From an uncultured Gemmatimonadales bacterium (GTDB lineage: Bacteria; Gemmatimonadota; Gemmatimonadetes; Gemmatimonadales; Gemmatimonadaceae), in contig CAWKMU010000003.1 in NCBI GenBank assembly GCA_963850905.1, positions 288,001 through 352,000 of the forward strand: a stretch of 64,000 nt of DNA. The letters are read 5' to 3'. The notes under the pieces were generated by a model. The model did no database searches. It had not been told where the DNA came from and saw nothing but the letters and a program-made list of their open reading frames with translations. Below are positions 30,071-40,805 of the stretch, one piece after another (positions within the stretch are counted from its first letter, which is position 1; the number at the start of each line of letters is the position of its first letter). A program made the position numbers and the translations under genes.

Positions 30071-30999
30071 CACGGCGCTGGCATGCACCGCTGGGTGCGG
30101 TGATCGCCGCGGTGATCGCGGCGTCGGTCGGCGCGCAAGCCACGTCGCCGCCCGCCGGCCTGCCCGTTGACTCGGGACGCGCCGGCAGCGACCCGCCCGC
30201 GCCGACCAGTGAGCCACCGAGCCCCGACGTCCCCTTCTCGGTAGGCGAGCGCGCAACCTACGATGTGAAATTCGGTTTCCTGCACGTCGGGACCGGCGTC
30301 ATGACCGTCGCCAACGTGCAGACGCTGCGCGGGCACGACGTGTGGCACACCGTGTTCGATATCAAGGGCGGTACACTCTTCTATCACGTCAACGACACAC
30401 TGGAGAGTTGGTTCGACGTCAGATCCCTGTCCTCACTCCGGTTTCTGCAGCGTCTCGATGAAGGGGGCAGGATTCGCAACCGGAACTACGAGATCTTTCC
30501 GGACAGCTCGCTGTACGTGCTCAACCGCAAGCCGCCGCAGCCGTCGGTTCCCGATCCGCTCGACGATGGCTCGTTCCTGTTTTTCGTTCGCACGCTGCCG
30601 CTCAACGTCGGCGAGACGTATACGTTCCCGCGCTACTTCAATCCCAAGGCGAACCCGGTCATCATCAAGGTCGTCCGGAAGGAGCGCATTCAGGTGCCCG
30701 CGGGAACGTTTCAGGCCATCGTCGTCCAGCCGATCATCAAGACGTCGGGAATCTTTGGCGACAAAGGCCACGCGGAAGTGTGGTTCTCCGATGACTCGCT
30801 ACGTATCGTGCTGCAGATGAAATCGAAGATGAGTATCGGCTCGCTCGACATGTTTCTGCGATCTTTCCAACCCGGGCGCGGAGCCGCCGCGAGCGCCCCG
30901 ACTGGCGCCGCACCCGATAGTGCGGTGCTCCCTCCAGAGCCTCCGCCCCCGGCAAATGCCGGGAAGCCCGTACAGGTCGACACGCCGAGCAAGCCCTGA
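30067..30999 (+). CDS. Exported DUF3108-like protein
   Basis: Signal peptide, PFSVGERATYDVKFG, ERIQVPAGTF and EVWFSDD. Confidence 0.75.
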   Translation: MTRRWHAPLGAVIAAVIAASVGAQATSPPAGLPVDSGRAGSDPPAPTSEPPSPDVPFSVGERATYDVKFGFLHVGTGVMTVANVQTLRGHDVWHTVFDIKGGTLFYHVNDTLESWFDVRSLSSLRFLQRLDEGGRIRNRNYEIFPDSSLYVLNRKPPQPSVPDPLDDGSFLFFVRTLPLNVGETYTFPRYFNPKANPVIIKVVRKERIQVPAGTFQAIVVQPIIKTSGIFGDKGHAEVWFSDDSLRIVLQMKSKMSIGSLDMFLRSFQPGRGAAASAPTGAAPDSAVLPPEPPPPANAGKPVQVDTPSKP

Positions 31000-31016
31000 G
31001 TCCGACCAACCGCTCC

Positions 31017-31982
31017 ATGGACCGCGTACCCGAGGCCGATCTCTCGGCCGTGCGCACGATTCCCGTCGCCCAACGTCCCGCCAAGGTCTCGGCGACTGAG
31101 GTCGCGCACCCCCCGCCGACGGGCACCGCGACGTTTGGCGCGTTCATCGACTCGCTGCCAGACGTGCTGGCCGCACGCGATTTCCGCGCGGTCACGACCG
31201 CCATCGTCGACGCGCACCGCGCCGAGCGCGCCGTCCTCGTGATGGTCGGCGGCCATGTCGTCAAAACCGGATTGACCCCGTTGCTCATCGACCTGATGCA
31301 GCGCGGCGTCATTACGCACGTCGCCATGAACGGCTCAGCCGCGATTCACGACTATGAGATGGCGCGATTCGGAGCAACCTCCGAGGACGTCGCGCGCGGC
31401 CTGCGAGATGGAACGTTCGGCATGGCGGAAGAGACCGGCCGCGGGATGAACGAGGCGTTCAGCGCCGGCATGCAGTCGGGATGGGGAATGGGGGAGTCGT
31501 TGGCACGCGCGCTCGAGCGCACCACCCCGCTCGCGCATCCGGAGCTGTCGCTCTTGCTAGCCGGACGCCGGCTCGGGATCCCGCTGACGGTGCACGCGGC
31601 GATCGGCGCGGAAATCATCCACCAGCACCCCGCGACCGACGGGGCCGCCATCGGCGAGACGAGTCACCGCGACTTTCGACGGCTCGCGGCGGCGCTCGAG
31701 GGTCTGGACGGTGGTGGTGCGGTGCTCAACATCGGGAGCGCAGTCATTATGCCGGAGGTATTTCTCAAGGCGCTCACCGTCTGTCGTAATCTCAATGCGG
31801 GTCGACCCACCGGCTTCGTCACGGCAGACTTCGACATGCAGCGACACTATCGCCCGCGCGTCAATGTCGTCGATCGACCAACGCGGGACGGCGGACAGGG
31901 TTACGAGATCACAGGACACCATGAGCTCATGGTGCCACTGCTCGTGTGGGCGGTGGTCGACGCGTTAGAACGACGGCCCTGA
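31017..31982 (+). CDS. Conserved hypothetical protein, deoxyhypusine-synthase-like fold
   Basis: GGHVVKTGL, AMNGSAAIHDYE, TSEDV..GL.DGTFGMAEET, GSAVIMPEVFLKA and GHHELM. Confidence 0.7.
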   Translation: MDRVPEADLSAVRTIPVAQRPAKVSATEVAHPPPTGTATFGAFIDSLPDVLAARDFRAVTTAIVDAHRAERAVLVMVGGHVVKTGLTPLLIDLMQRGVITHVAMNGSAAIHDYEMARFGATSEDVARGLRDGTFGMAEETGRGMNEAFSAGMQSGWGMGESLARALERTTPLAHPELSLLLAGRRLGIPLTVHAAIGAEIIHQHPATDGAAIGETSHRDFRRLAAALEGLDGGGAVLNIGSAVIMPEVFLKALTVCRNLNAGRPTGFVTADFDMQRHYRPRVNVVDRPTRDGGQGYEITGHHELMVPLLVWAVVDALERRP

Positions 31983-32189
31983 GAACCGCGACCGAAGCCG
32001 CCGGGCGGTCTCGGGACTGACGACGCGGATGACGAGATAGATGATCGCACCGATCAAGAGGACTTTGACCGCTAGGCGGACCAGCCAAAACGTCAAGGCC
32101 ATCGCCGTGCCAAACACGCTGAAAACGGTGCCCAGCAGGAAGAATCCAAGCAGGGCGAAAATACCAATCATGAAGACTGTACGGATCAT
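31965..32189 (-). CDS. Small membrane protein (2 TM)
   Basis: 74-aa hydrophobic ORF convergent with the previous gene. Confidence 0.7.
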   Translation of the reverse strand: MIRTVFMIGIFALLGFFLLGTVFSVFGTAMALTFWLVRLAVKVLLIGAIIYLVIRVVSPETARRLRSRFSGPSF

Positions 32190-32387
32190 CGTCGGCCACT
32201 CTGTTCGGGTTCAACCACCAGTACGAACCAACTCCCTACAATGTTTCAGGCGGCTGGGGGACTTGTCCACCCGCCACTCAGCCCCTCCGGATTCGGCCCT
32301 GCCGACCACAGGCGCGCCGAGGACGGCTAGGGGCGGCCCAGACGTCGCGGACTTGCACCGTTCCCACCCAGTGGTTAGGGGTCGTCC

Positions 32388-33527
32388 ATGACCCAATCGG
32401 GCGAGGCCGACGTGACGGTGGTCGGCGCGGGGATCATCGGCCTCTGCACGGCGCTCGCGCTTGCCGATCGGGGACTAAGTGTCTACCTGATCGGCGAGAC
32501 CCGCTCGGGCGAGGCATCGCCCGCGGCCGCCGGGATCCTGGGCGCGTCGCTCGAGGACACGCATGGCCCGGCAGCCCCGGCTCCGGTGTACGACTTCGCC
32601 GTCGCCGCGCGCGATCGCTATGTGACGTACCTGCCCGACCTTGTCGAGCGCTCCGGCGTCTCGGTTCCCTTCAACCGCAATGGCGTGCTGCAGGTCGCCT
32701 TCGACGCCGAGGCCGCGGACGCCTTGCGCGGATCGGCCAGCGGGCGATGGCTGGATGCGCCGGCCCTGGCGGCCCTCGAGCCCGCGGTAGCACACGCCAT
32801 CGGGGCGATGTTTCATGACCAGGACGGTGCGGTCGACAATGTCGCCATGCTGCGAGCCCTGCGAGACGCAGTGGATTGCGCGTCGCAAATCGCCCGCGTT
32901 CAGGCACTGGTCGCAAGCATCTCCGTGCACGAGGACGGCGTGACGTGCACGACCGCGCCGACTCACGAGACGTACCACGCGCCGCGCGCTGTGTTGGCGG
33001 CGGGCGCCTGGGCAGCCGGGATCCCGGGGGTGCCCCGGCCCTTGCCGATCGATCCGTTGCGCGGCCAAATGCTGGCAGTCGCCGCCGGCCACGTGCGGCC
33101 GGGGCACGTCATCTATGGGCCGCAAGCCTACATCGTTCCCCGCGGCGAGCGGATCCTGGTCGGCGCGACGCTCGAGCGCGCCGGATTCGATCCATCGACG
33201 ACCCCGACGGCACTCGCCGCATTGCGCGCAGGCGGCGCCCAGATTCTCCAGGACATCGCGGACGCCCCGCTCCTTTCTTCGTGGGCCGGCCTTCGGCCAG
33301 CGACGCCCGACCTCTTGCCGATCATCGGGCCGGACCCCGACTACCCCGCGCTCACGTACGCCTGCGGGCACTCGCGCAACGGCATTTTGATGGCTCCGCT
33401 TACCGCCGACTGCGTCGCTGCGATCGTCGCGGGCGAGGCGCCCCCTGTCGACATAAGCCCGTTCCGCGTCGATCGTTTCCCCGTCCCGTCCGTGCGCTTT
33501 AGCCGCGGCTCGTCGTCTTCTGACTGA
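32388..33527 (+). CDS. FAD-dependent oxidoreductase, glycine oxidase ThiO / D-amino-acid oxidase family
   Basis: VVGAGIIG, ASPAAAGIL, PLRGQM, WAGLRP.TPD and GHSRNGILMAP. Confidence 0.9.
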   Translation: MTQSGEADVTVVGAGIIGLCTALALADRGLSVYLIGETRSGEASPAAAGILGASLEDTHGPAAPAPVYDFAVAARDRYVTYLPDLVERSGVSVPFNRNGVLQVAFDAEAADALRGSASGRWLDAPALAALEPAVAHAIGAMFHDQDGAVDNVAMLRALRDAVDCASQIARVQALVASISVHEDGVTCTTAPTHETYHAPRAVLAAGAWAAGIPGVPRPLPIDPLRGQMLAVAAGHVRPGHVIYGPQAYIVPRGERILVGATLERAGFDPSTTPTALAALRAGGAQILQDIADAPLLSSWAGLRPATPDLLPIIGPDPDYPALTYACGHSRNGILMAPLTADCVAAIVAGEAPPVDISPFRVDRFPVPSVRFSRGSSSSD

Positions 33528-33579
33528 GTCGGTGGCCCGGTATATTGCGAGGCCATCGCTTCTTTAGGCCGTGTCCGAA

Positions 33580-34496
33580 ATGACAGACACCCTCTACCAA
33601 ATCATGGGGCGCCACCGCGCCGAGCCGCTCCCCGAGCGGAAGCCCTCCTGGCTCAAGGTCCGGGCGCCGGGGGGACCGAACTATGTGCGGCTCAAGTCGC
33701 TGCTCCGTGATCTGGATCTGCACACGGTCTGCGAGGAAGCGCACTGCCCCAACGTCGGCGAGTGCTGGGAGCACGGCACCGCCACGTTCATGATCCTGGG
33801 GGATGTCTGCACCCGCAACTGTGCGTATTGCGCCGTCGCGCACGGTCGGCCGCCGACATACGACGTCGAAGAGCCTGCCCGGGTCGCCGCGGCCGTCGCT
33901 GAATTGCGGTTGCAGCACGCCGTCATCACATCGGTCGATCGCGACGACCTGCCCGACTTCGGCGCGTCGATCTTCGCCGAAACGGTTCGCCAGATCCATG
34001 CGCGCCTTCCCGAGTGCTCCGTCGAGGTCCTCGTGCCCGACTTCCAGGGCACCGAGACATCCATCCGCGCTGTGCTCGAGTCCCGACCACAGATCTACAA
34101 TCACAACACCGAGACCGTACCCCGGCTGTACAAGCGGGTACGGCCCGGCGGACGGTACCCACGCGTGCTCGAGATCTTTCGACTCGCCAAGCGACTGGCG
34201 CCGGAGATTCCGACCAAGACGGGCATCATTCTCGGCATGGGCGAGACGATGGAAGAGGTCGTCGCCGTCATGCGTGATCTGCGCGCCGTCGACGTCGACA
34301 TCCTCACGCTCGGCCAGTATCTCCGGCCATCGGCGGCCCACATCCCGCTCGACCGCTATTACACGCCCGACAGAATTCCGTGAGCTGTATGAGATCGGAA
34401 TGTCCATGGGATTCCGGCACGTGGAGAGCGGCCCGCTGGTCCGCTCGAGCTACCACGCGTGGGAACAAGTGCAAGGCGGCCGCGCGCACTGCATGA
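33580..34496 (+). CDS. lipA: Lipoyl synthase (apparent +1 frameshifts near 34372 and 34475)
   Basis: [20 protein letters not shown] and TLGQYLRP; C-terminal [11 protein letters not shown] in the shifted frame. Confidence 0.95.
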
Positions 34497-35642
34497 ACAC
34501 GCCGCCGTCCGCATCCGCCTTTTCGTCGCAGCCCGCGCCGCCGGTCGCCAGTCGCGGCGCGACTGCGCCTCCGGCGTCCGCACCGCCCGTCGCGGCGGCC
34601 GCCCCGGCGCCCACCGGCGTGGGTCAGGAACTGGAGACGAGCGACCGCACGCTCCACCGTCAGCTGCTCCGCGCGATGCTGCTGCAGCGCCGCTTCGAGG
34701 AGCGAGCCGCGCGAGGCGTACGCACTCGGCAAGATCGGCGGCTTCTGCCACCTGTACATCGGGCAGGAAGCGACCGGCACGGGCGCGATCTCCGTGCTGC
34801 GCGACGATGATTACGTGATCACGACCTATCGCGACCACGCGCAGGCGATCGCCCGCGGCATCACGCCTCGTGCCGTCATGGCCGAGCTGTTCGGCAAGGC
34901 AACAGGCTGCTCGCACGGCAAGGGCGGCTCGATGCACCTCTTCAGTCGGGAACACAACTTCCTGGGCGGCCACGGCATCGTCGGCGCCAACATCCCGATC
35001 GCGACGGGAGTCGGCTTCGCGATCAAGTATCGCGGCGGCGATCAGGTCTGTCTCTGCTTCTTCGGCGAAGCAGCGGTCAACAGCGGCGCGTTCCACGAAG
35101 CGCTCAACATGGCTGGTCTGTGGCGGCTGCCGGTGGTCTATCGTCATCGAGAACAACCGCTACGGCATGGGCACTGCCGTCGAGCGCGCATCCGCCGTCA
35201 CGGACATCGCCGAGCGCGCCCGTGCGTATGGCATCGCGCATGCGGTCGTCGACGGTCAGGATGTGCTCGCCGTGCGCCGGACAGTGGCCGCGGCGGTAGA
35301 CCGTGCGCGACACGCGCGGACTCCGACGGTGGTCGAAGCGCTGACCTATCGCTTCATGGGACATTCAATGTCCGACGCCGTGAGCGGTACCTATCGCACC
35401 AAGGCCGAGCTGGACGAAAATCTGAAGCGCGACCCGATCGCTGCTCTTGCGTGCCCACATGCACGCGCACGGCGAGATGACCGACGACGAAGTCGCGCAA
35501 ATCGACGCGGAGGTGCGCGCGGTAGTGCGAGGATGCATGGCAGTTCGCCGACCAGTCGCCCGAGCCGGCGCCCGAGGCGCTGCTGGAGGACGTCGTGGTC
35601 GAGTCACGACACGACTCGAACGGCGCTGGCTCGCCTCGCTGA
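34493..35642 (+). CDS. pdhA: Pyruvate dehydrogenase E1 alpha (apparent +1 frameshifts near 34712, 35142, 35445 and 35528)
   Basis: [41 protein letters not shown] and [10 protein letters not shown] pieced together across frames. Confidence 0.92.
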
Positions 35643-35645
35643 TCC

Positions 35646-36631
35646 GTGCCCGTCCTGACCTATCGCGACGCGCTCAATCAGGCGCTCCGCGAGGAGATGC
35701 AGCGCGACGACCGCGTCTTCCTCATGGGCGAGGAAGTCGGCGTCTACCAGGGCGCGTACAAGGTCTCCAAAGGCCTGCTGCAGGAATTCGGCGAGCAGCG
35801 GGTCGTCGACACGCCGATCACCGAGCTCGGGTTCGCGGGCGTCGGCGTCGGTGCCGCCATGGCCGGGTTGCGGCCCGTCATCGAGTTCATGACGTGGAAC
35901 TTCGCGGTGCTCGCGCTCGACCAGGTGGTGAACGCTGCGGCCAAGATGCTGTACATGTCCGGCGGGCAGTTCCCGATGCCCGATCGTGTTTCGTGGGCCC
36001 AACGGCGCGGCGCTGCAGCTGGGCGCGCAACACTCCCAGGCATGGGAGTCCTGGCTCATGCACATTCCCGGACTCAAGGTCGTGACCCCGGGCACACCTG
36101 CGGACGCCAAGGGCCTGCTCAAGAGCGCCATTCGCGATGAGAACCCGGTGCTCGTGCTGGAGGGCGAGATGCTCTACAACACGAAGGGCGATGTCCCCGA
36201 GGGCGAGCATCTCGTGCCCATCGGCGTCGCCGACATCAAGCGCGAAGGCGACCACTGCTCGATCATCACGAACGGAAAAATGGTGCTCGTCGCCCAACGC
36301 GCGGCCGATGAGCTGGCGAAAGGTGGCATTCGAGCGGAGGTGCTCGATCTGCGAACGGTCCGCCCGATGGACGTCGCGGCGATCACCGCAATCCGTTCGC
36401 AAGACGAATCGCGCGGTCGTGCTCGAGGAGGGATGGGAGATGTGCGGCATCGGCGCGCAGGTCGTCGACTACATTCAGCGCGAGTGTTTCGATGATCTCG
36501 ACGCGCCCGTCCTTCGAGTGCACCAGGCCGATACACCAATGCCGTACGCGAAGAACCTGGAGCGCGCGGCGAAGCCCGACGCTGCCAAGACGATCGCCGC
36601 AGTGAAACGCGTCATGTACCTCCCGTCGTAG
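35646..36631 (+). CDS. pdhB: Pyruvate dehydrogenase E1 beta (apparent +1 frameshifts near 35982 and 36391)
   Basis: MGEEVG.YQGAYK, DTPITE, EFMTWNF, FRGPNG and PMPYAKNLE. Confidence 0.93.
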
Positions 36632-36641
36632 CGGATCCGCC

Positions 36642-38116
36642 ATGGCCACCAAGGTGCTGATGGAGGCGTTGTCGCCCACGATGGAAGAGGGGCGCCTCGT
36701 GAGCTGGCACAAGGCCGAGGGCGATGCGGTCAAGACAGGCGACATCCTGGCGGAGGTCGAGACCGACAAGGCGATCATGGAGCTGGTCGCACGCGGCTGA
36801 CGGCGTGCTTCGCAAGCGCCTGATCGCCGGACGGGGCGACCGCACCGGTCGGTCAGACTGGTGGGCGTCATCGCGGGACCGGACGAGAACATCGATGCCC
36901 TCGTGGGCGCGACGCCGCCGGCCGCAGCGCCGGCAGAAGCGCGCAGCGTAGCGCCAGTCGCAGCGCCAGTCGCAGCGGCCGCACCAGCCCCCGCGATTCC
37001 CCAGCCCGAGCGAGCGGCCGCCTCGGCGCCCGCAGCGCAGCTCGCGGGAGAGCGGCGAGTGCGTGGCGCGAGTCCGATACCCACGACGCCGGGGCAGTCA
37101 CAGGGCGAAGCGTCGACTCCGCCACAGGAACAGGTGCCGGTGGTTGATCGGCGCGGCGGCACGATCCTGCCGCCGGCCCCGGTTGGAACGGCCGTCGCCC
37201 CCAGCGCCCCCAGCGCCGCCACGATCCCGGCGATCGACCGCCCCGCCCCAGGAAACGGCGGCCGGGTCCGCTCCTCCCCGCTCGCTCGGCGACTGGCGTC
37301 GGAACGAGGGCTCGATCTCCGAGCGATCGCGGGAACGGGGCCCAATGGCCGCGTGGTCAAGCGCGATGTGGAGACGGCCCCGAGCGCGCCGGCGCCACGA
37401 CCCGTCCCGGCGCGTGTCGTGCCCGTGGATGGTGACTTCCATGACGTCGCGCTGACGCAGATCCGCAAGACGATCGCCAAGCGGCTCGCCGAATCGATCG
37501 GGCCGGTGCCGACGTTCTATCTGACCGTCGACCTCGACGTCGAGCGCATCGCGGAGATGCGCGACCGCGATGGCGGCGCAGGGTGAGTCCTTCAAGGTGT
37601 CGGTCAACGATGTCCTGCTCAAGATCGTTGCGACCGCGCTCGCGCAGCACCCCGAGGTCAACGCGCATTGGCTGGGCGATCGGATCCGCTACTTCAATCG
37701 CGTGCACGTCGGCGTGGCCGTGGCGGTCGAGGATGGGCTGATCACGCCCGTGATCTTCGATGCAGACACCAAGGGACTCCGCCAGATCGCCGATGAGGTG
37801 CGCGCACTAGCCGACCGGGCGCGCGCACGGCGGCTGACGCCCGAGGAGTACACCGGCGCGACCATTCTCCATCTCGAATCTGGGTATGTTTGGGATCGAG
37901 GAATTCACCGCTATCATCAATCCGCCCGAAACCGCCATCCTCGCAGTCGGCGCCGTGGAGCCGCGTCCCGTCGTGATCGACGGCGCGATCACCGTGCGAC
38001 GGCGGATGCGCATCACCATGAGTTGCGACCATCGCGTCATCGACGGCGCAACGGGCGCGCGGTTCCTGCAGACGCTGCGGCGACTCGTCGAGAACCCATT
38101 GATGATGGTGTTCTAA
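36642..38116 (+). CDS. pdhC: Pyruvate dehydrogenase E2, dihydrolipoamide acetyltransferase (five apparent +1 frameshifts)
   Basis: LSPTMEEG...EVETDKA lipoyl domain, SSPLARRLA...GTGPNGRV E3-binding domain and SCDHRVIDG catalytic motif. Confidence 0.92.
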
Positions 38117-38174
38117 CTCTCGCCCTTGCTCCGCTAGCAGTTCTTTTCCCCCGACACCCGGAACCCGGCTCTTC

Positions 38175-39578
38175 ATGGCCTCTTACGACGTGATCTTCTT
38201 GGGCGGCGGCCCCGCAGGGTATGTGGGCGCCATTCGCGCGGCACAGCTCGGACTGTCCGTGGGTGTCGTCGAGCGCGAAGGTCTGGGTGGGACCTGTGTG
38301 CTCTGGGGATGCATCCCCGCAAAAGCGCTGCTCGAGAGCGCCTATCTGGCCAACAAGGTCCGCCACGCGGCCGATCACGGCATCACGACTGGCCCGCTCG
38401 CCTTCGATTTCGCGCCGGCGATGAAGCGCTCGCGCGCGATCAGCACCCAGAACTCCAAGGGCGTCGAGTTCCTCTTCAAGAAGAACAAGATCACCTGGAT
38501 CAAGGGACAGGGCACACTCGTCTCGCCGACTACCGTCTCCGTGACGCTGGCCGATGGCAAACAGGAGACCCACGAGGCCAAACGCGGGATCGTCATCTCG
38601 ACGGGCTCCCGCGTGAAGGGTCTGCCCGCGGCCGGCCTGCCGCTCGACCGCAAGACCGTGCTGTCCTCGGACGATGTGCTCGTGCTCGAGCGCGCGCCGA
38701 AATCGATGGCCGTCGTCGGGTGCGGAGCCGTCGGATGCGAGTTCGGCGATGTCTTCGCCTCCTTCGGCACCCAGGTGACCATGATCGAGATCGCGCCGTC
38801 GATGCTGCCGCTCGAGGACGGGGACGTGGCCACCGAGCTCGCGCGCTCGTTCAAGAAGCGCAAGATCGACGTCCTGACCAATGCCAAGGTACGTGACGTA
38901 CAGATCCGGCCGGACGGCGTGTCGATGAAAGTGGACGCGGCCGGGTCAGAGCAGTCGCTCACCGTCGAAAAGGTGCTCGTCGCTGCGGGCCGCGCACCCG
39001 TTGTCGACGGGATCGGCCTGGAGAAGCTGGGCGTGAAGCTGACCGACCGGGGCTTCATCCAGATCAATGACCATATGAAGACGTCGGTCGCGGGTGTGTA
39101 CGCCATCGGCGACGTGGCGGGCCCGCCGATGCTCGCGCACAAGGGCGAGCGCGAAGGGGTCGTCGTGGCCGAAACGCTCGCGGGGCTGCATCCCCACCTC
39201 GTGAACTACGGCAACATCCCCAATGCAACCTACTGCCATCCCGAGGTAGCATCGATCGGACTGACCGAGGCCCAGTGCAAGGAGCGGAAGCTCGCGTACA
39301 AGGTCGGGCGCTTCCCGTTCTCTGCGAGCGGACGCGCGCGCACCGCGGGCGAGACCGAAGGCTTCGTCAAGATCATTGCGGACGCCAAGTATGGGGAGAT
39401 CCTGGGCGCGCACATCATCGGCTCCCACGCGACGGAGATCATCCACGAGCTGGCCGTCGCACGGGAGAACGAATTCACGGTTGAGGAAGTCGACCTCGCC
39501 ATTCACGCCCACCCGACGCTGTCCGAGGCGATCGCCGAGGCAGCGCTCGATACGATGGGACGGACGTTAAGTGCGTGA
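38175..39578 (+). CDS. lpdA: Dihydrolipoyl dehydrogenase (E3)
   Basis: GGGPAGY, GGTCVLWGCIPAK and HAHPTLSE. Confidence 0.97.
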   Translation: MASYDVIFLGGGPAGYVGAIRAAQLGLSVGVVEREGLGGTCVLWGCIPAKALLESAYLANKVRHAADHGITTGPLAFDFAPAMKRSRAISTQNSKGVEFLFKKNKITWIKGQGTLVSPTTVSVTLADGKQETHEAKRGIVISTGSRVKGLPAAGLPLDRKTVLSSDDVLVLERAPKSMAVVGCGAVGCEFGDVFASFGTQVTMIEIAPSMLPLEDGDVATELARSFKKRKIDVLTNAKVRDVQIRPDGVSMKVDAAGSEQSLTVEKVLVAAGRAPVVDGIGLEKLGVKLTDRGFIQINDHMKTSVAGVYAIGDVAGPPMLAHKGEREGVVVAETLAGLHPHLVNYGNIPNATYCHPEVASIGLTEAQCKERKLAYKVGRFPFSASGRARTAGETEGFVKIIADAKYGEILGAHIIGSHATEIIHELAVARENEFTVEEVDLAIHAHPTLSEAIAEAALDTMGRTLSA

Positions 39579-40251
39579 GCTCTGGGTCTCCGACCTCGGC
39601 CAGATGCCGTACGGCGAGGCGTTGGAGCTCCAGCGTGGGGTCGCGCGCGATCGCATCAGCGGTGTGATTCCGGAGGACGTGCTGCTGCTCGTGGAGCATC
39701 CGCCGGTCGTGACGCTCGGTCGCGCGAGCACGTCGGCGACGCACCTGACGGCGCCGGCCGCGCTCCTGGCAGCGCGCGGGGTGGAAGTGTTCGAGGTCGA
39801 ACGCGGAGGGGATGTGACCTTCCACGGGCCAGGCCAGCTCGTCGGCTATCCCATCATCGATCTCAAACGCCACCGGCAGGACCTGCACTGGTACCTCCGA
39901 CAGATCGAGGGCGCGCTGATCGACGCCCTGGCGACACTCGGCGTGAGCGCCACACGTCGCGCCGGCCTCACGGGTGTGTGGACGGCGACGACCCATCGCA
40001 AGATCGCCTCGATCGGGGTCCACGCCCGCGACTGGGTGACCTGGCACGGCTTCGCCCTCAACGTGACGACTGATCTGTCCTACTTCGACCTGATGGTCCC
40101 CTGCGGCATCCCAGACGTCGAGATGACCTCGATCGCCCGCGAGCTTGGCGCCGCGCCGCCCGGGGTGGCCGACGTTGTGGCCAGCGCCGTGGCCACGCGC
40201 TTTGGGCTCACGCCCGCCGAACACGTCGTTGATTCGACTATCGGCCGCTGA
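39571..40251 (+). CDS. lipB: Lipoyl(octanoyl) transferase
   Basis: EHPPVVTLG, RGGDVTFHGPGQLVGY, KIASIG, HGFALNV and VPCG. Confidence 0.97.
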   Translation: MRELWVSDLGQMPYGEALELQRGVARDRISGVIPEDVLLLVEHPPVVTLGRASTSATHLTAPAALLAARGVEVFEVERGGDVTFHGPGQLVGYPIIDLKRHRQDLHWYLRQIEGALIDALATLGVSATRRAGLTGVWTATTHRKIASIGVHARDWVTWHGFALNVTTDLSYFDLMVPCGIPDVEMTSIARELGAAPPGVADVVASAVATRFGLTPAEHVVDSTIGR

Positions 40252-40254
40252 TGT

Positions 40255-40785
40255 GCGTAGAAGGGCGACCTGAAGGTCGCCCCTACATGTTGCTGCGAAC
40301 GGCGCCACACCTGGATTCGTCGACCTGCGCCGCAAAAGGCAGGCAGGGTGCTCCGTACGGACACCGCCCCGCCGACATGTAGGGGCGGCATTCATGCCGC
40401 CCACTCGGCACCGCCCGCAGGACGTCGCCAGTTCTCGCACGGTGCGCCACCAAACTTGCCTTGGACCGGTAGGGGCGACGCACCGCGTCGCCCTCTTGTG
40501 CCGTCCGCGCAGACCCGCGGCACGACGTAGGGTGCTCCGGACGGACGCCGCCCCGCCGACATGTAGGGGCGGCATTCATGCCGCCCACTCGGCACCGCCC
40601 GCAGGACGTCGCCAGTTCTCGCACGGTGCGCCACCAAACTTGCCTTGGACCGGTAGGGGCGACGCATCGCGTCGCCCTCTTGTGCCGTCCGCGCAGACCC
40701 GCCGCACGACGTAGGACTGCGCACCGCGACCAACCCCGCGATTTGTGCCACCCCAAACCCCAGACCCCAAACCCCAAACCCGTCG
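40255..40785. repeat. REP cluster containing a 184-bp tandem duplication (40345-40715) and a CCCAAAC/CCCAGAC heptamer tract
   Basis: Five GTAG-associated palindromes; two near-identical 184-bp units. Confidence 0.92.
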
Positions 40786-40805
40786 TTTCGGGGTATCTTC
40801 CCCCC

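Noticed and set aside
32190..32387. TPP riboswitch or thiamine operon upstream of the ThiO-like gene
   Set aside because: No CTGAGA or CCTGA...GCGTAGG aptamer core, and no thiS or thiG nearby, so the thiO symbol was not assigned.
33803..34810. Apparent LipA C-terminus / PdhA N-terminus fusion ORF
   Set aside because: Produced by the extra base near 34475. Correcting it restores a lipA stop overlapping the pdhA ATG (ATGA at 34493-34496).
33580..38116. Pseudogenisation or programmed frameshifting of lipA/pdhABC, and likewise dnaE, accA and metG
   Set aside because: The genes are essential or core, no slippery heptamers are evident, no in-frame stops remain after single-base correction, and all events are +1. 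A consensus artefact explains them better.
40255..40785. Possible CRISPR array from recurring palindromic repeats
   Set aside because: The spacers are duplicated rather than unique, the repeats vary and recur genome-wide with a GTAG foot, and there are no cas genes. These are REPs.
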